Source: a virus
Taxonomy: Duplodnaviria; Caudoviricetes
DNA length: 64,000 nucleotides
Direction: 5' to 3' (one strand)
Virus record (IMG/VR): IMGVR_UViG_3300020577_004280
Span: 32,001 to 96,000 of that record
This document shows positions 25,285 through 36,045 of the stretch, piece by piece (the first letter of the stretch is position 1; each line of letters opens with the position of its first letter). Below the pieces are notes generated by a model, which was given only the letters and a program-made list of their open reading frames with translations, was not told the DNA's origin and ran no database searches. Both the position numbers and the translations under genes were made by a program.

Positions 25285-26659
25285 TTATATACAAATATCT
25301 AGTGTGTCAAAAACAGAACTATTATTGGCAATCAAGAATAATAATTCATATCGTGGAATCTTTGTATCATTAGGTTGTAACCCAACTACTAAAAAAGAAT
25401 TATTAATCCAGAAACTCAATCAAGAAAATATTGATTTAGAATTAATAAAAAATTTTGGTAAAAAAACTATTATTGGTCAAAAGTTTAATTTTCTAACAGT
25501 ATTGTCATCGAAAAACAGAATATGTGAATGTTTATGTGATTGTGGTAAAAAAATCGAAGTAAATGACGGATACGTAAGAGAAAAAGGACATTGTGGATGC
25601 AAAACAGATGAAGATTTAAGCGGTCAAAAAATAGGATTATTATCACTATTAAAAAAAACTAAAACACATCAACAATTCGATGCTTATGAATGTATTTGTG
25701 AATGTGGTAATAAATGTATTGTGACCGCTGGTAATATCTTAAGAAGAGGTAAGCGGGTTAGCTGCGGCTGTTTAACTGATATTAAACAACGTACAAAACA
25801 ATACCAAGGTATTGGTGATTTGTCTGGATTAAGATGGGCTACTATTAAATCATGTCAAAAGCGTAAAAGTAGAGACTTAGAATTTACAATTACTATAGAA
25901 TACGCATGGAATCTATTTATTCAGCAAAACAAAACTTGCGCGTTAACAGGATTACCTATAAAAATATGTGACACTCGTGACGGCGGTAATAATACAGCAT
26001 CTCTAGATAGAATTGATTCATCTAAAGGATATATTGAAGGTAACGTGCAATGGGTTCATAAAGATATTAATCATATTAAAACGGACTACAATCAAGAATA
26101 TTTTTTAAATTTATGTAAAAAGGTTTATGAAAATTCTAAAGACCAAAGAATACAAACTAATATTCCATCTTGGACTGATTATTTTTTAGGAATATGTTTT
26201 GCCACAGCAGAAAGAAGCCCGGATTCTCAAACCAAAATTGGTTGCGTAATCACAGATAGAAATAATCACATATTAGGTACAGGATATAATGGTTTTCCAA
26301 GAAATTTCCCAGAAGAAATGTTACCGAATACACGACCAGAAAAATATCAGTGGATAATTCACGCGGAAGAAAATGCTATTATTAATAGTAGAGATTTACA
26401 TTTAATATCTGACGGGGCTATTGCTTATATATCAAGTAGACCGTGTTTAAATTGTTTAAAAATGATGATAAATTCAAATATTAAAAAAATCATAGTGTCT
26501 ACAAAACCAACCAATACAACAGACATAGAACAACAAGAATATTTTGAATTACTCATAGCTATGAGTGGTATTGAATATGAGGTTGTATCGCCCAAACTAG
26601 ATTTTTTGGAAAACGCTATATTGGATAATAAAATCTTTTTATCAAACCGGGTATCATAA
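25268..26659 (+). CDS. HNH-type endonuclease fused to dCMP deaminase
   Basis: CxCDCG/CECG repeats and SLDRIDSSKGYIEGNVQWV, then WTDYFL, GYNG, HAEENA, PCLNC. Confidence 0.85.
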   Translation: MTTIGNYIQISSVSKTELLLAIKNNNSYRGIFVSLGCNPTTKKELLIQKLNQENIDLELIKNFGKKTIIGQKFNFLTVLSSKNRICECLCDCGKKIEVNDGYVREKGHCGCKTDEDLSGQKIGLLSLLKKTKTHQQFDAYECICECGNKCIVTAGNILRRGKRVSCGCLTDIKQRTKQYQGIGDLSGLRWATIKSCQKRKSRDLEFTITIEYAWNLFIQQNKTCALTGLPIKICDTRDGGNNTASLDRIDSSKGYIEGNVQWVHKDINHIKTDYNQEYFLNLCKKVYENSKDQRIQTNIPSWTDYFLGICFATAERSPDSQTKIGCVITDRNNHILGTGYNGFPRNFPEEMLPNTRPEKYQWIIHAEENAIINSRDLHLISDGAIAYISSRPCLNCLKMMINSNIKKIIVSTKPTNTTDIEQQEYFELLIAMSGIEYEVVSPKLDFLENAILDNKIFLSNRVS

Positions 26660-26665
26660 GTCAAA

Positions 26666-27190
26666 ATGAAAATAGTCTTTACATCATTATTTGCTAATCC
26701 GTTTCATGGTGGACATTTAGCTCTCTTAAAAGCAGCCAAACAGCTTGGTGATAAACTTGTAGTTATAGTTAATAGCGATGCTCAAGTGAAAATTAAGGGA
26801 AGCAAACCATTCTTATCTCATGATGAACGCTTAGATATTATCCGAGAACTAAGGTGCGTAGATGATTGCTGTATAGCAGTAGACGAAGATGGAACTGTTG
26901 CGGAAACTCTCGCTAGATTAGTACAACATTATAATGTTCAAAGCTTATTTCAAACTGTGGTGTTTAAAGAACCAGAACACGAATATATCTTCGCTAAAGG
27001 CGGGGATAGAAAAAATACGGCAAGTATGCCGGAAAGTGAATTAATAGTGTGTCAAAAATTTGGTATTGAGATTGTATACGGGGTTGGTGGATTTGATAAA
27101 AAGAACTCATCGTCAGCTATTCTAGATGGTTTAGAGAACAATCCATCAAGAATTGTAACGCGAAGTGACCCATTACCTTTGGAATCATAA
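26666..27190 (+). CDS. cytidylyltransferase family (HxGH; RfaE/TagD-like)
   Basis: PFHGGH, VNSD, KGGD, SSS. Confidence 0.85.
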   Translation: MKIVFTSLFANPFHGGHLALLKAAKQLGDKLVVIVNSDAQVKIKGSKPFLSHDERLDIIRELRCVDDCCIAVDEDGTVAETLARLVQHYNVQSLFQTVVFKEPEHEYIFAKGGDRKNTASMPESELIVCQKFGIEIVYGVGGFDKKNSSSAILDGLENNPSRIVTRSDPLPLES

Positions 27191-27731
27191 TATGTTAAAA
27201 GATAGAATATTAGAGTTGGTAAATAGACCGAATTGTTATAGAGTAATATTTGAACATGAGTCATATGGAGCGTATTTTTGCACATGTTATATTGATGACG
27301 GTAGAGTTATGTATAAAGGCTATGGACAAGATGATGATACAGCTTTTGAAATAGCAAATAAAAACCGTTTAATGTTTAAAGAACTATCTATATCGCTAGA
27401 TAAGATTAATTTTAAATCATATACTAGTGTAGAATTGATTAAGCAAAACGGTTTTCGTATTGCTGTGCTTTTAGATAAAAATTTAAAGCGAAAAATTATT
27501 AGAGAGATTGATAAAATTGATGAGGATGAATTTATAGTATGGAACCAACCACAACTATTGAAAAATTTTTGTATTGATAATCATATTGAATTGATTGCAT
27601 CAAACGATAATATCGGTTTATATAGATATTCTAGTAGAACACGCGGACCTTTATGTGGTTCGGGCGGTTTGATAAAAGTTGATACTCTTACACAAAGGGT
27701 TATATCTAGCAAAATGGAATGGATATCATGA
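27165..27731 (+). CDS. hypothetical protein
   Basis: ORF. Confidence 0.6.
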   Translation: MTHYLWNHNMLKDRILELVNRPNCYRVIFEHESYGAYFCTCYIDDGRVMYKGYGQDDDTAFEIANKNRLMFKELSISLDKINFKSYTSVELIKQNGFRIAVLLDKNLKRKIIREIDKIDEDEFIVWNQPQLLKNFCIDNHIELIASNDNIGLYRYSSRTRGPLCGSGGLIKVDTLTQRVISSKMEWIS

Positions 27732-28036
27732 TTAATAAATACGTCGCAGTAATAGTAAATGATTATGACGACGGATTATATTGTATGACGATAACAGAAT
27801 ATATCCCATTTCAATCTAGATACACAAAAGATGAGATTGATATAGAATATTTTAAAAATATTTGTAAACAACCATTTAAGTCATTTAAATTGCTTGATAC
27901 AGAAATACATATTACTAATAATAATAGGCTTGAAGAAGTTTGTACAATTCAGGCATGGTTCACAGGATACGCCGTAGGCGTCAAAGACGAAACTAAAGAA
28001 GAAATGCGTCAACGAATAAATTCACAATATAAATAG
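27719..28036 (+). CDS. hypothetical protein
   Basis: ORF. Confidence 0.55.
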   Translation: MDIMINKYVAVIVNDYDDGLYCMTITEYIPFQSRYTKDEIDIEYFKNICKQPFKSFKLLDTEIHITNNNRLEEVCTIQAWFTGYAVGVKDETKEEMRQRINSQYK

Positions 28037-28219
28037 GTCCGCTGGACAGGAGGAATAATGTGTTTACATTAAAATTAGCAAACGGTAAAGAGGCTTCTTT
28101 TGAGTCAGCTAGCGATTTAGCTAACTGGTATCAAAAGGAAAAAAGAGCATCGCTCTCATCAACTAAAGCAAACAAAACAAATAACAACTCAAAGAGTGAG
28201 AAGGGAAACGACGTAGAAA

Positions 28220-31200
28220 ATGTATAGTTATCAAGAAGCCTTAGATGCTTCTACTGAGTATTTCAGCGGTGATGAATTAGCCGCAAGAGTGTTTGTTGAT
28301 AAATATGCCTTACGAAATAACGATGATGAAATTCTGGAAAAGACGCCAGATGATATGCACCGTCGGCTTGCTAAAGAGTTTGCTAGAGTTGAAAAAAATA
28401 AATTCAAGAATCCGTTAACTGAAGATGAAATTTTTGAGTTATTTAGAGGGTTTAAGAGGATTGTTCCGCAGGGAAGCCCGATGTATGGTATCGGAAACCC
28501 TTACCAGTACGTAAGTTATGGAAATTGTTTCGTAATACCAAATCCGACCGACTCATACTTAGGAATAATGTATACTGATACGCAAATAACTCAGATTAGT
28601 TCCAGACGCGGGGGTGTGGGGTGGGATGTATCTGATTTACGTCCGGTTGGTACTAGCGTAAAAAATGCCGCTAAGAGTACAACTGGAACGATATCTTTCA
28701 TGAAAAGATTCTCTAATACGGTTAGAGAAGTAGGACAATGTGTTTGTGAAGGAGAACGCGTTTTAACTGAAAACGGCCTAAAACCAATAGAAGAAGTTAT
28801 CATTGGAGAAAAAGTATGGACAAAATCCGGTTGGATAGTAGTAAAAAACTTACATGCTAATGGTGTAAAACCAATATATGAATTGACATCTGATTTTGGA
28901 TATAAAATCAAAACCTCCAACCAACACGTATTTCTTAATGAAGAAATGAAAGAAGTGACTCTAGAAGATTTAGAAATTAATGATAAAATCGTAATTATTC
29001 CAGGTAATCACAAATTTACTAAAGAATATGTCAAGTTTAATTCCATAAACTATATAAGACATGAGTATAATAATTCAAATAGATTAGTAGAATACACACT
29101 ACCACAAATTTTGGACGAGGAGTTAGCATACTTTTTAGGATATTCTTATGGAGACGGATGTATAGATAATACCTATATATCGTTAGCCGCTACACACGAT
29201 TATCCGGAAATAGAAAATAAATTAGCACGTATCATTAAAGCCAAATTTAACTACAACGCTAAAATTAGTCAAGGCTGTGGAGCGGTCAATACCGTTGATA
29301 TATATTCAAAATATATTGTACAATGGTTAAGAGAGAACGGTATAGCGAAAGGAAAATCTGCAAATTTAGTTTTCCCAGAGAAAATCAAGCAAAGTCCAGC
29401 TTCAGTGCAAGCGGCTTTTTGCTCCGGTTATTTTGATGCTGACGGAACAGCTAAAAGTAATAAAAAAGGATATTCGGTTACTTCTATAGATTACGATTTT
29501 ATTCACGAATATCAAAATACGATAATGTCATTAGGGGTTCCCAGCAAAGAACATTTTCAGAAATCTAAAATCCAGAATTGGAAAGATAAATGGTCCATAG
29601 CTGTTACCGGCACATACGCAAAAACACTATTTAAAGAAATATTTTCTGAATCAGTTAAAGTAAAACTTGCTAATTTTACATCTAGTATAGATAAACTTTT
29701 AACCCCATATAAAGCAAAACAACTAAATATTAGTAGAAAAAAAGAAAACAATTATTGTGCTGGAGAGCCTTATTATTTAAGCTGCAACTGTCTTAAAAAA
29801 CTAAAAGAAGACGGATATAAAACACCTGAAGTATTAGTTCAAGATAGTGTTAGAAGTATAGAATATATTGGAGAACGCGAAACATTTGACCTAGAATTGG
29901 AATCAGAACATTTATTTTATTGTGAAGGGTTTTACATTCATAACTCGGGGCGGCGTGGAGCCAGCTTGCAGTCTTTAGCAGTCAACCATCCTGAAATCTT
30001 AGACTTTATTAAAGTAAAACAAGACCTTACTCAAGTTACTGGCTCTAATATCTCTGTTAAATTTACAGATGAATTCTTACAATCTGTAGAAAAAGATAAA
30101 GAGTTTGAATTAAAATGGCCGGTAGATTCTGATACTCCAAAGATTAGTAAAGTTGTAAAAGCTAAAGATATTTGGAAAGAATTTATACATTCCGCTTGGT
30201 TGATGGCCGAGCCAGGAGCTATGTATTGGGATACTGTAATCAGACGTAGTACAACTGCTCCATATAGAAAATTCGGCTACATTGAAAAGTCATCAAATCC
30301 ATGTATATTAAAAGGAAGTTTAGTTAATACTCCTAATGGATATAAAAAAGTAGAAGATATTAAAAAAGGAGATTTAATTTCTACTGTGTTAGGAAGCGAA
30401 TCAGTAGAAAATATTGATATTAATAGTAATGTACCGACGTTTAAAGTTACATTTAGTGATGGCGGCGTTCAGTATGTTACCGAATCACATATCTATCACA
30501 CTATTCCGTCGCAGAAAGTTAGGATTCTTCCTAAGAAAGTAAGTGAACTCGAAACAGGAGATGCTGTAAGAGTTTACCAATCTCCTCTTAAAGATAAAGG
30601 CACAGAAGAAGATTACAAATACGAATTAAAGCAAGGAATTTTAATTGGCGACGGGTGTTATACGCCAAAAACAGTTAAAGAAAGCTATATTTCTATTTCT
30701 TGTAATATTGATGAGCAATTGTATATTGATAATTTAAAAAAACTATTTGGAACAGAAAATTTTGCAAAAGACCAACCAGCCAAAGACGGTTCAAAATCAT
30801 ACGATTTATTGGTAAAAACAAAATCGGTATCTGAATTAATTCAAAAACCTGGATATTCTTATGAAAAATATCTTGAAATAGAAAGATATGACAACATTAG
30901 TAAAGTAATTGGAGTTTTGGATGGGATGCTTGCGACAGATGGGAATGTGAACTTAAAGTCTAATCACGCTCAAGTTAGATGGATGACAACATCTCCACAG
31001 CTTGCTCAAGATATTAGAAAGCTATTATTGACTATTGGATGTCATGGTTTTATTAGTAAATCAAATGATAAAAGCGGAAAAATTAACGGCAGACAAATTG
31101 TAAGAAAACATCCAAAGTATACTATCACAATTTCAGGAAATTCTATTCAAGCATATTGTTTATATTCTAGAATTGCAGAAATACATCCAGAAAAAGGAGA

Positions 31201-32923
31201 AAAACTTAAACGGGCACAGATTGATTTCAAACTTTCAGGTAATTGTTGGACAGTAAAAGTCAAAAATATAGAACCGTATACTGTAGGAGAAGTATACGAT
31301 TTATATTGTAAAGAGAGTGATAGCTGGATTACTGAAGGTTATGTACAATACGGATGTGGCGAGCAATATCTCCCGCCATACGCATCATGTCGCCTAATCC
31401 TAATCAACCTATATACTTACGTCAAAAACAGATTCACTAAAAAAGCGTATTTTGATTTTGAAGAGTTTGTTAAAGATGTTCGCAACATGCAACGTCTTGG
31501 TGATGATATGGTTGATTTAGAGTTAGAAGCTGTTGACCGTATTATTAAGAAGATAAAATCTGACCCAGAATCAGATGAAATTAAAAAACCCGGTCTAGAT
31601 TTATGGAAGAAAATTAAAGAATGTGCTATTAATGACCGTAGAACAGGATGTGGTTTTACAGCCCTCGGCGATTGTGTAGCTGCTCTTAATCTAAAATTCG
31701 ACTCTAAAGAATCATTGGATTTTATAGATAAAATGTCAGAAGCACTTAAAGTAGCTGCTTTTACAGAATCAGTAGAGATGGCTAAAGAATTGGGACCATT
31801 TCCGATATATGATAGTTCACTGGATATCTCTTCTGAATTTGTACAAGAGCTAAGAGATGAGCATCCAGAATTATATAAAAAAATGGTTAAATATGGTCGT
31901 AGAAATATGACATTATTAACTGTCGCTCCAGCAGGTAGTGTAAGCTGTGAAACACAAACAACATCTGGTCTAGAACCAACTTTTATGTTGGAATATAAAC
32001 GTCGTAAAAAGGGTAATCCCGGCGATAAAGACTTTAGAAGCGATTTTATAGACCAAAACGGTGACCATTGGATGGAATTTATAGTACGTCATCACGGTTT
32101 ACAAGAATGGATGGATATCACCGGCAAAACGGATATTAAAGAAAGCCCGTATCATGGTTCTACAGCACATGACATAGATTGGGTAGAAAAAGTAAAAATG
32201 CAGAGTATTATTGGTAAGCATATAGATAATTCCCTTTCAGTTACAGTTAATCTACCAAACGATGTTACAGAAGAAAAAGTGTCAGAGATTTATCTTACAG
32301 CATGGAAAACTGGCTGTAAAGGTATGACTATTTATAGAGATGGATGTAGAACCGGAGTATTGGTTTCTAACGAAACACCAAAACAAAGTGATAAACTCTG
32401 TAAAACTAATGCTCCACCAAGACCAAAATCTTTACCATGCGATGTACATCATCTTACTGTTAAAGGAGTTAGGTATTGTGCCATCATAGGTTTAATGGAA
32501 AATGAACCATACGAAGTCTTTATCATGAGAAACTGTAATAGTGAAGGTGATTCCATTATCTCACGTACTGTCACCAAAGCAAAACTTGATAAACAGAAAC
32601 GCGGTCACTATAATATCATAGGAGATGATGAAGAGGTTATTTATCAGATTGTTTCCGCGAATTGCGAGGAACATGAAGAGATGTTGGCTCGCATGACTTC
32701 TACAGCTTTAAGACATGGCTCCGATATTAGTTTTATTGTACACCAATTGGAAAAAACTAGAGGTGATATGCAGAGTTTTAGCAAGGTTATCGCCAGAACA
32801 CTTAAAAAATACGTACCTGATGGTACTGAAGTTAAAGGTGAAATTTGTCAGAATTGTAGCGGTAAATTGATTAGAGCATCAGGATGTATTGAGTGTCCAA
32901 ACTGTGGATGGAGTAAGTGCTAA
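28220..32923 (+). CDS. nrdJ: class II (B12-dependent) ribonucleotide reductase with two inteins
   Basis: GNCF, GQ|SGRRGA, NP|CGE, APAGS, GCKGMTIYRDG, C-terminal TSCPD-like domain and CxxCGWSKC. Confidence 0.9.
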   Translation: MYSYQEALDASTEYFSGDELAARVFVDKYALRNNDDEILEKTPDDMHRRLAKEFARVEKNKFKNPLTEDEIFELFRGFKRIVPQGSPMYGIGNPYQYVSYGNCFVIPNPTDSYLGIMYTDTQITQISSRRGGVGWDVSDLRPVGTSVKNAAKSTTGTISFMKRFSNTVREVGQCVCEGERVLTENGLKPIEEVIIGEKVWTKSGWIVVKNLHANGVKPIYELTSDFGYKIKTSNQHVFLNEEMKEVTLEDLEINDKIVIIPGNHKFTKEYVKFNSINYIRHEYNNSNRLVEYTLPQILDEELAYFLGYSYGDGCIDNTYISLAATHDYPEIENKLARIIKAKFNYNAKISQGCGAVNTVDIYSKYIVQWLRENGIAKGKSANLVFPEKIKQSPASVQAAFCSGYFDADGTAKSNKKGYSVTSIDYDFIHEYQNTIMSLGVPSKEHFQKSKIQNWKDKWSIAVTGTYAKTLFKEIFSESVKVKLANFTSSIDKLLTPYKAKQLNISRKKENNYCAGEPYYLSCNCLKKLKEDGYKTPEVLVQDSVRSIEYIGERETFDLELESEHLFYCEGFYIHNSGRRGASLQSLAVNHPEILDFIKVKQDLTQVTGSNISVKFTDEFLQSVEKDKEFELKWPVDSDTPKISKVVKAKDIWKEFIHSAWLMAEPGAMYWDTVIRRSTTAPYRKFGYIEKSSNPCILKGSLVNTPNGYKKVEDIKKGDLISTVLGSESVENIDINSNVPTFKVTFSDGGVQYVTESHIYHTIPSQKVRILPKKVSELETGDAVRVYQSPLKDKGTEEDYKYELKQGILIGDGCYTPKTVKESYISISCNIDEQLYIDNLKKLFGTENFAKDQPAKDGSKSYDLLVKTKSVSELIQKPGYSYEKYLEIERYDNISKVIGVLDGMLATDGNVNLKSNHAQVRWMTTSPQLAQDIRKLLLTIGCHGFISKSNDKSGKINGRQIVRKHPKYTITISGNSIQAYCLYSRIAEIHPEKGEKLKRAQIDFKLSGNCWTVKVKNIEPYTVGEVYDLYCKESDSWITEGYVQYGCGEQYLPPYASCRLILINLYTYVKNRFTKKAYFDFEEFVKDVRNMQRLGDDMVDLELEAVDRIIKKIKSDPESDEIKKPGLDLWKKIKECAINDRRTGCGFTALGDCVAALNLKFDSKESLDFIDKMSEALKVAAFTESVEMAKELGPFPIYDSSLDISSEFVQELRDEHPELYKKMVKYGRRNMTLLTVAPAGSVSCETQTTSGLEPTFMLEYKRRKKGNPGDKDFRSDFIDQNGDHWMEFIVRHHGLQEWMDITGKTDIKESPYHGSTAHDIDWVEKVKMQSIIGKHIDNSLSVTVNLPNDVTEEKVSEIYLTAWKTGCKGMTIYRDGCRTGVLVSNETPKQSDKLCKTNAPPRPKSLPCDVHHLTVKGVRYCAIIGLMENEPYEVFIMRNCNSEGDSIISRTVTKAKLDKQKRGHYNIIGDDEEVIYQIVSANCEEHEEMLARMTSTALRHGSDISFIVHQLEKTRGDMQSFSKVIARTLKKYVPDGTEVKGEICQNCSGKLIRASGCIECPNCGWSKC
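28739..29944 (+). mobile_element. intein 1 in RNR (402 aa, LAGLIDADG)
   Basis: C1 ...IHN|S; LGYSYGDG, SGYFDADG. Confidence 0.9.
30302..31354 (+). mobile_element. intein 2 in RNR (351 aa), atypical C-terminus
   Basis: NP|CILKGS...VTESH...VYDL...EGYVQYG|CGE; GILIGDG, DGMLATDG. Confidence 0.8.
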
Positions 32924-32981
32924 CATCGCTACTAATATATAGTTTAGCAACATTAGGTATCTTACTAAGTAAAGTAATATA

Positions 32982-33404
32982 ATGAATAAAACAGTAGTAA
33001 ACATCAGAACCGAAATTCGCGGTATAAGAGCCAACGATTTTATATATGATGATTATTCAACAACAGGACCAACAAATATGACATTTAACGATTATCAAGA
33101 AGAAGCTATCAAAACCGCGATTTATCCACAAGAATACAAAATTATGTACCCGGCTATGGGACTTGCTGGTGAATGCGGAGAAATTTTAAATAAAATCAAG
33201 AAAGTATACAGAGATAAAAATGGAGAATTCTCAGATGAGACAAAATTAGCTCTATCGCTCGAACTTGGTGATGTTTTGTGGTATGTAGCCGCATTAGCAA
33301 ACGATTTAGGGGTAGGCTTAAATGCTATCGCCGGAGATAATATAGCAAAACTCTCTTCTAGAAAAGAGCGTGGAGTTATTGGTGGAAGCGGAGACAACAG
33401 GTAA
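32982..33404 (+). CDS. MazG-like NTP pyrophosphohydrolase
   Basis: GLAGECGE, ELGDVLWY, GSGDNR; possible start 33078. Confidence 0.9.
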   Translation: MNKTVVNIRTEIRGIRANDFIYDDYSTTGPTNMTFNDYQEEAIKTAIYPQEYKIMYPAMGLAGECGEILNKIKKVYRDKNGEFSDETKLALSLELGDVLWYVAALANDLGVGLNAIAGDNIAKLSSRKERGVIGGSGDNR

Positions 33405-33628
33405 TGTTTGGACTTTTTGAAGAATGGGATATGTTAATGTTAGAAGCCTATCTAAGCCGCCCATTAACAGAGAAAGAAAAAGAAAGAATTAAAAATCCAG
33501 AACTGCACGAAGATTCGATAACTGTAGTTTGTCAAAATAAAAAACGAATATATCACTATTTTTCTACTGGAGATAGTAATCAATGGAATCTTAGTTCTAT
33601 TATAGAAGATGAATTATGTACGAATTAA
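33404..33628 (+). CDS. hypothetical protein
   Basis: ORF. Confidence 0.5.
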   Translation: MFGLFEEWDMLMLEAYLSRPLTEKEKERIKNPELHEDSITVVCQNKKRIYHYFSTGDSNQWNLSSIIEDELCTN

Positions 33629-33870
33629 ATCCAGACGGATGTGGCGATGTTTGTGGGTGTCATCATGTAGAATTATGGATTATAGATGAAAACGGAAAAC
33701 GGAAAGAAATGGTTTGGGATTCTGGATGGGTTTCCGAACCATATAGAGACGAGCAAGATAAAAAAGCTTTTATTGATGATACGTTAGAAGGACTTGCTAA
33801 ATTTGGACTTACGCTGAAATCATGTAATTTCAATGATTATTGGGATTGGGAATGTATACCTATTGGTTGA
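33616..33870 (+). CDS. hypothetical protein
   Basis: ORF. Confidence 0.5.
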   Translation: MYELNPDGCGDVCGCHHVELWIIDENGKRKEMVWDSGWVSEPYRDEQDKKAFIDDTLEGLAKFGLTLKSCNFNDYWDWECIPIG

Positions 33871-33880
33871 GGAACAAAAC

Positions 33881-34432
33881 ATGAGAAACTGTCTAGTATT
33901 GAATTCAGATTATACCCCGCTTGATATTATAACTTGGCAAAGAGCTTTTCTAATGATATTTGGAAATAATAAAAACGCTTATGCTATTGAATATCACGGA
34001 ACTACTATTAAAGATAGTGTTGGTCGCATACACGCTTTACCATCTATAATAGTATTGAAAAAGTTTATCAACAACGCTCAAAATAGCATAGCTCCATGCA
34101 AGTATACGAGAACAAACGTGTTTACACGAGATGATTTCAAATGTATGTATTGTGGCAACAAATTCAAAAGTGAAAATCTAACTATTGACCACGTTATTCC
34201 CTTATCAAGATATAAGAAATTAGGCTTTAAAGGAAATCCCAACGGATTAGATAATGTAGTCGCCGCTTGCTATAAGTGTAATGTTAAGAAAGGTAACCAT
34301 ACATGTGATGAATGTAAAATGTACCCTCTGAAAAAACCAAGGAGAGTCACCAAGCGTGAAGCCCTTGTCAACAAACTTCGCAATATGAAAATTCCTCAAG
34401 AATGGGAAAGCTACATAAATAATGTCAACTAA
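33881..34432 (+). CDS. HNH endonuclease (McrA-like)
   Basis: LVLNSDYTPL, RDDFKCMYCG, TIDHVIP, NVVAACYKCNVKKG. Confidence 0.85.
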   Translation: MRNCLVLNSDYTPLDIITWQRAFLMIFGNNKNAYAIEYHGTTIKDSVGRIHALPSIIVLKKFINNAQNSIAPCKYTRTNVFTRDDFKCMYCGNKFKSENLTIDHVIPLSRYKKLGFKGNPNGLDNVVAACYKCNVKKGNHTCDECKMYPLKKPRRVTKREALVNKLRNMKIPQEWESYINNVN

Positions 34433-35153
34433 AAGACGAACTACTCACACAAGTGGTAAAAACCATAGTCAAAAATCTTCAACTCCTCCTGCGAATAAAG
34501 ATTCAATTGTTATGTATCAACAGTTGAAACCTAGAACTCCAAATCAAGCAGAATTTATTAGGACTGTCAGTGAAAACGATATTACTATCTGTGATTCACC
34601 AGCCGGTGTTGGGAAAACCAGTCTTGCTGTAGGTATTGCTTTAGAGCATTTGCGTGATGGTAAAATTACTAAAATTATTATAGTTAGACCAACTATTGAG
34701 GCGTCTAAGCGTGGTCTTGGTTATCTCAAAGGTGACCTTGATGATAAGTTGGCGCCATACATGATACCTCTATTTGAACAAATAGATGAGTATATTGGTA
34801 AATCTAAACGAGAATATCTTGTAACCAAAGAAATCATTAAGGTTGAATCATTAGAATTTTTCCGTGGGCGTAATCTTAAGAATTGCTATCTTATCGTAGA
34901 TGAGTGTCAAAACGCTACAGAAAAACAATTAAAGATGGTAATGACCCGTTTATGTGAAAATAGTAAGGTAATTATTCTTGGTGATACAGACCAGACAGAC
35001 CTACCTCATAGTGAAGGTGGAGCGTTAGATAAATGTATTGACGTATTAGACGGTGTTGAAGGTGTTGGTATTTGTTATATGGATTATTCCGATATTCAAC
35101 GCCTACCAATAGTTAAACGAGTTTTGGAAGCATTTGAGAGGAGTGAAAATTGA
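34422..35153 (+). CDS. phoH: PhoH family ATPase
   Basis: PAGVGKT, RP, GYLKG, FRGRN, DECQN, GDTDQTD. Confidence 0.92.
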   Translation: MSTKRRTTHTSGKNHSQKSSTPPANKDSIVMYQQLKPRTPNQAEFIRTVSENDITICDSPAGVGKTSLAVGIALEHLRDGKITKIIIVRPTIEASKRGLGYLKGDLDDKLAPYMIPLFEQIDEYIGKSKREYLVTKEIIKVESLEFFRGRNLKNCYLIVDECQNATEKQLKMVMTRLCENSKVIILGDTDQTDLPHSEGGALDKCIDVLDGVEGVGICYMDYSDIQRLPIVKRVLEAFERSEN

Positions 35154-35590
35154 AAGTTGCAGTTGTAGGAGCAAAAATAGTAAAAAAAGAACAAGTGTTA
35201 GACGCTATTCAAGCATCAACATTTAAGATTGACAGTTTTATTACTGCCGAAGGTAGTGAGATTGACAACATTGTGCATGAATACGCACAATCTAAAAAAC
35301 TTGAAGTAGAATCTTATGGAATCAATTGGAATGATTTATCTGGTGATAACGTTAGTATCGCTATAAATAAATGGAATAAAGAATATAACAAAAATGCACC
35401 GGCCAATCGGACAGCAGCTATGGTAGATGACTGTGATGCGATGATTATTATTGATGATAATGAGATTGAAGCCAACCAATGTAAGCGTAAGATTGAGTCC
35501 AGCGGAAAACCATCATATGTATATTCTCTTATTAGAAAATCATTTGCTGGCGTAACCGCTAATACGGAGGGATATATTTATGAGTTCTAA
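35150..35590 (+). CDS. hypothetical protein, SLOG/DUF2493-like
   Basis: KVAVVG N-terminus, NW...AP.NR..MVD.CD. Confidence 0.45.
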   Translation: MKVAVVGAKIVKKEQVLDAIQASTFKIDSFITAEGSEIDNIVHEYAQSKKLEVESYGINWNDLSGDNVSIAINKWNKEYNKNAPANRTAAMVDDCDAMIIIDDNEIEANQCKRKIESSGKPSYVYSLIRKSFAGVTANTEGYIYEF

Positions 35591-36044
35591 TACGTTTTTC
35601 ATTACTAATGGTAAAATAAAAACAGAAATTACTGCACGGTTATATGATGATATTCTACAACAATTAAATAAACCTGAAATTCCAATCTCAATTAAGAAAC
35701 AATTCGCAAAAGAAGAAAAAGAATTATATAAAGGTATAAAAGCTACTATAAAAATTCCAGTTTATGATATATCTTGCGATATATTTGTTATATCTGATGA
35801 TATTTTTAGTGAGGATATATATATAAGTGTAATTAACTGCAAAAGCATATCTGGTAATAAGATATTAAATAAATTATTCAAAGATATGGAATTGTATGAC
35901 GATATTGAAAATTTAACTACAGATTTTGGTCAAGCTATTTTTAATAAACTTAACACATCAAAACCCGTCCAAGAATATCGTAAAAAATTATCCCGATTTG
36001 TAGTAAAAGTGGAAAAAGCAGGACTAAGACAAGGGGATTACTAA
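35580..36044 (+). CDS. hypothetical protein
   Basis: ORF. Confidence 0.6.
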   Translation: MSSNTFFITNGKIKTEITARLYDDILQQLNKPEIPISIKKQFAKEEKELYKGIKATIKIPVYDISCDIFVISDDIFSEDIYISVINCKSISGNKILNKLFKDMELYDDIENLTTDFGQAIFNKLNTSKPVQEYRKKLSRFVVKVEKAGLRQGDY

Positions 36045-36045
36045 G

